A stretch of DNA of 64,000 nt from Planctomycetota bacterium. GTDB lineage: Bacteria; Planctomycetota; B15-G4. Position 1 is the first letter of the stretch. Every line of letters begins with the position of its first letter. Of this stretch, positions 61,947 to 64,000 are shown one piece after another. The DNA lies in assembly GCA_965248575.1 (NCBI GenBank), contig CBDFJQ010000002.1, positions 1,344,001 to 1,408,000 on the forward strand, read 5' to 3'. The notes beneath the pieces were generated by a model. It was given only the letters and a program-made list of their open reading frames with translations. It did not search any database and was not told the DNA's origin. The position numbers were made by a program, and so were the translations under genes.

Positions 61947-64000
61947 GGTGAGTCGTCGCCTTCCGTGGGAGAGCTTCCGGCCGGCTCCTCGGGAGCCTGG
62001 CCGTTGAAGCCCGGCGGCCACTGGAACGGTCGGCGATAGAGATCCTCTTCGAGGATCTCGTTGGACCCCGTCAGCTGCCCGAGGTCGCCAGCCTGCAACA
62101 GCTTGAGCGCCTCCGCGCTGCCGGCCATGGCCGCGGCCTTCGCGTCTTCCGGCATGTCGCCTGCATAACCGAGCGCCACCAGACTCTTCATCTGGTTCAG
62201 CAGCGCCTGCTCGTCGCCCACCCCGGCCGACATGGGCACTTCCGGCATGGCGGCGTCGTGCAGTTTGTAACGGGCTGCGATCGCCGCGAAGGCCTGCGCG
62301 TAGGCCGGGTCGTTCAAGTCCAGGGGACTGTGCTCGCCGGGGTCGTCGATGAGATCGAACAAGCGCGTCGTCCACTGCGCACCCTGCGCCTTGCTCAACG
62401 GTGCGAAGCGGCTCTGGGTGAGCTTGTAGCGTTCGTTGCGCATGGAGACGTAGCGCACGTTCTCTGCCACGACGTGTCGCTCGTCTTCTCCGGGGTCGAC
62501 GCCTGCAGCATCGGGCGCGAGGCTGCGCCCCGGTGACGGTCCTCCCGCGACCGCCAGGGTTCCGACACCCGCCACGTCGAGCACCGTCGCGGGCAGGTCA
62601 CGCATCTCCACCGGCCAGGTCACACGCGCCCCACCGTGTTGCTTGCCGGGGAAGCGCACGACCATCGGCACCTGCAGGTTGGTCTCGAACATCCAATCGT
62701 GTTCGAACAGGCCGTGGTCGTATAGCTCTTCACCGTGGTCCGAAGTGAAGATCACCAGGGTGTTCTCGTCGATCTCCAGCTCGGCCAGCAGATCGAGCAG
62801 GCTGCCGAACATCTCGTCGGCAAAGCTCACGCCACCGTCGTAGAGCGCATTGACGTGTTCCACATCGCGGCCTGGGTCAAAATGCTCACAGCTCCAGGTC
62901 TGCTGACTGTCGTGTTCGCAAACGCCCTGCTGCTGCTGCTTCATGATCCACTGCCCGTGCTTCTGCCGGAAGGGGTGGAAGTAGCCCCCGTACTCAGGGT
63001 CGTAGCGACCGTCGTAGGGCGCCGGCGGCTCATAGGGTGTGTGCGTGCTGTAGTAGTGGACCAGCGCAAAGAACGGCCGGTCGGCGTGCTTGCGGATCCA
63101 GCCCAGGGCCTCGGTGTTCACGAGCCGCGGGTCCATGGCCTGGCGCGTCTTGTTGTAGAGGATCCAGAGCAGCATGCGACTGCGCACCACCGACCACTTG
63201 CTGTGCCGGTTCACCGCTTCGTGCCCGACGATGGTCTCGAAGTAGGTGTCGAAGCCATGCAGCAGCCCGGTGTCGTTGGACAGGGTCCCCGTCAGGAAGG
63301 CCCCCGTGGCGTAGCCCTGCTCCTGAAGCGCCTGGGCCAGCGTGCGGTTGCTGTCCACATCCAGTTGCTGCCCGGGCCACATCTTGATCAGGCCATGCTC
63401 GCGCGGGTACTTGCCCGTGAGAAAGCTGCCGAAGGAGGTCCAGGTGAAGGGTGCCTGGGCCCACGCGGTCTCATAGACCACACCCTGTTCCGCCATGCGG
63501 TCCACGTTGGGAGAGATGTCAGGCGTCTTCTCGTAGCCGTAGCACCCCAGCCGATCGGCACGCAGGGCATCCACCACCACATAGAGGACGTTGGGTGCGC
63601 CCTCCGGAGCGCCGCCCCGCCCGGCGGTGAGACTGGCCTCGCGCGCCATGGCCCAACTTCCAGCGACCGCGAGCAACAGCGTCACGACCAAGGTCGTCAC
63701 CCGGCCCGGCACCCTGACCAGCCCGCCCTCCCGCACCAACATGCGGGCACCCAGGGCTGCCACCACGACCCACGCCAGCGTCAGAGCGAGTCGCTTCGGG
63801 TGGTGGAACGGCAGCCCCCACGAGAAGTCCCAGAGCTGCTTGGTGTGCCAGTACAGGTTTACGAAGAGAGCTGAGGCCACCATCAGTCGCGGGGCCAGGA
63901 GTTCGGCGCTGCCTGGCGCGGGAGCACGACGCCTCAACCGACTCAGCATGATCACGGCCAGCGTGCAGCCGAGGGCACCGAGGACCCCGTAGTGCGCGGC
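61943..64000 (-). CDS. Membrane-anchored sulfatase/alkaline-phosphatase-fold protein (5' truncated by window)
   Basis: Frame open to the window edge; TM helices, then PNVLYVVVDALRAD, FTWTSFGSFLTG, HTPY, FTSDHGE. Confidence 0.85.
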   Translation of the reverse strand, partial: AAHYGVLGALGCTLAVIMLSRLRRRAPAPGSAELLAPRLMVASALFVNLYWHTKQLWDFSWGLPFHHPKRLALTLAWVVVAALGARMLVREGGLVRVPGRVTTLVVTLLLAVAGSWAMAREASLTAGRGGAPEGAPNVLYVVVDALRADRLGCYGYEKTPDISPNVDRMAEQGVVYETAWAQAPFTWTSFGSFLTGKYPREHGLIKMWPGQQLDVDSNRTLAQALQEQGYATGAFLTGTLSNDTGLLHGFDTYFETIVGHEAVNRHSKWSVVRSRMLLWILYNKTRQAMDPRLVNTEALGWIRKHADRPFFALVHYYSTHTPYEPPAPYDGRYDPEYGGYFHPFRQKHGQWIMKQQQQGVCEHDSQQTWSCEHFDPGRDVEHVNALYDGGVSFADEMFGSLLDLLAELEIDENTLVIFTSDHGEELYDHGLFEHDWMFETNLQVPMVVRFPGKQHGGARVTWPVEMRDLPATVLDVAGVGTLAVAGGPSPGRSLAPDAAGVDPGEDERHVVAENVRYVSMRNERYKLTQSRFAPLSKAQGAQWTTRLFDLIDDPGEHSPLDLNDPAYAQAFAAIAARYKLHDAAMPEVPMSAGVGDEQALLNQMKSLVALGYAGDMPEDAKAAAMAGSAEALKLLQAGDLGQLTGSNEILEEDLYRRPFQWPPGFNGQAPEEPAGSSPTEGDDSP

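Overview
High-GC bacterial chromosomal segment. It is most likely Planctomycetota, inferred from RpoA starting MRIRWR, the RpoB rifamycin region [11 protein letters not shown], a long 3-TM SecE and no rpmD. Positions 1-1494 hold the 3' part of dnaE. Positions 1.5-35 kb are one uninterrupted minus-strand translation/transcription supercluster: tRNA-Thr/Tyr/Gly/Thr, tuf, rpmG, tRNA-Trp, secE, nusG, rplKAJL, rpoBC, rpsLG, fusA, S10, spc and alpha, ending in a lipoprotein gene coupled to rplQ. Positions 35-39 kb carry a receiver-domain protein, a cystathionine gamma-lyase/synthase, HU/IHF, dtd and trpS. Positions 39-43 kb form an MCE/Mla ABC operon headed by a lipoprotein with many W-P-F repeats, and its MlaD has six repeats at an exact 34-aa period. 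Positions 43-64 kb are a cell-surface glycan biosynthesis and modification locus: WecA-like enzyme, Wzx, three GT4, a GT-C, GNAT, CE4 deacetylase, methyltransferase, a Thr-type sulfatase-fold enzyme, a large YetA/PcRGLX-like protein and three B12-radical-SAM-fold proteins, one of which has lost its CxxxCxxC motif. The best candidates for novelty are the active/inactive B12-radical-SAM set in the glycan locus and the atypical MCE system. I saw no CRISPR array, rRNA or mobile element. All calls come from motif recognition by eye; no database searches were run.
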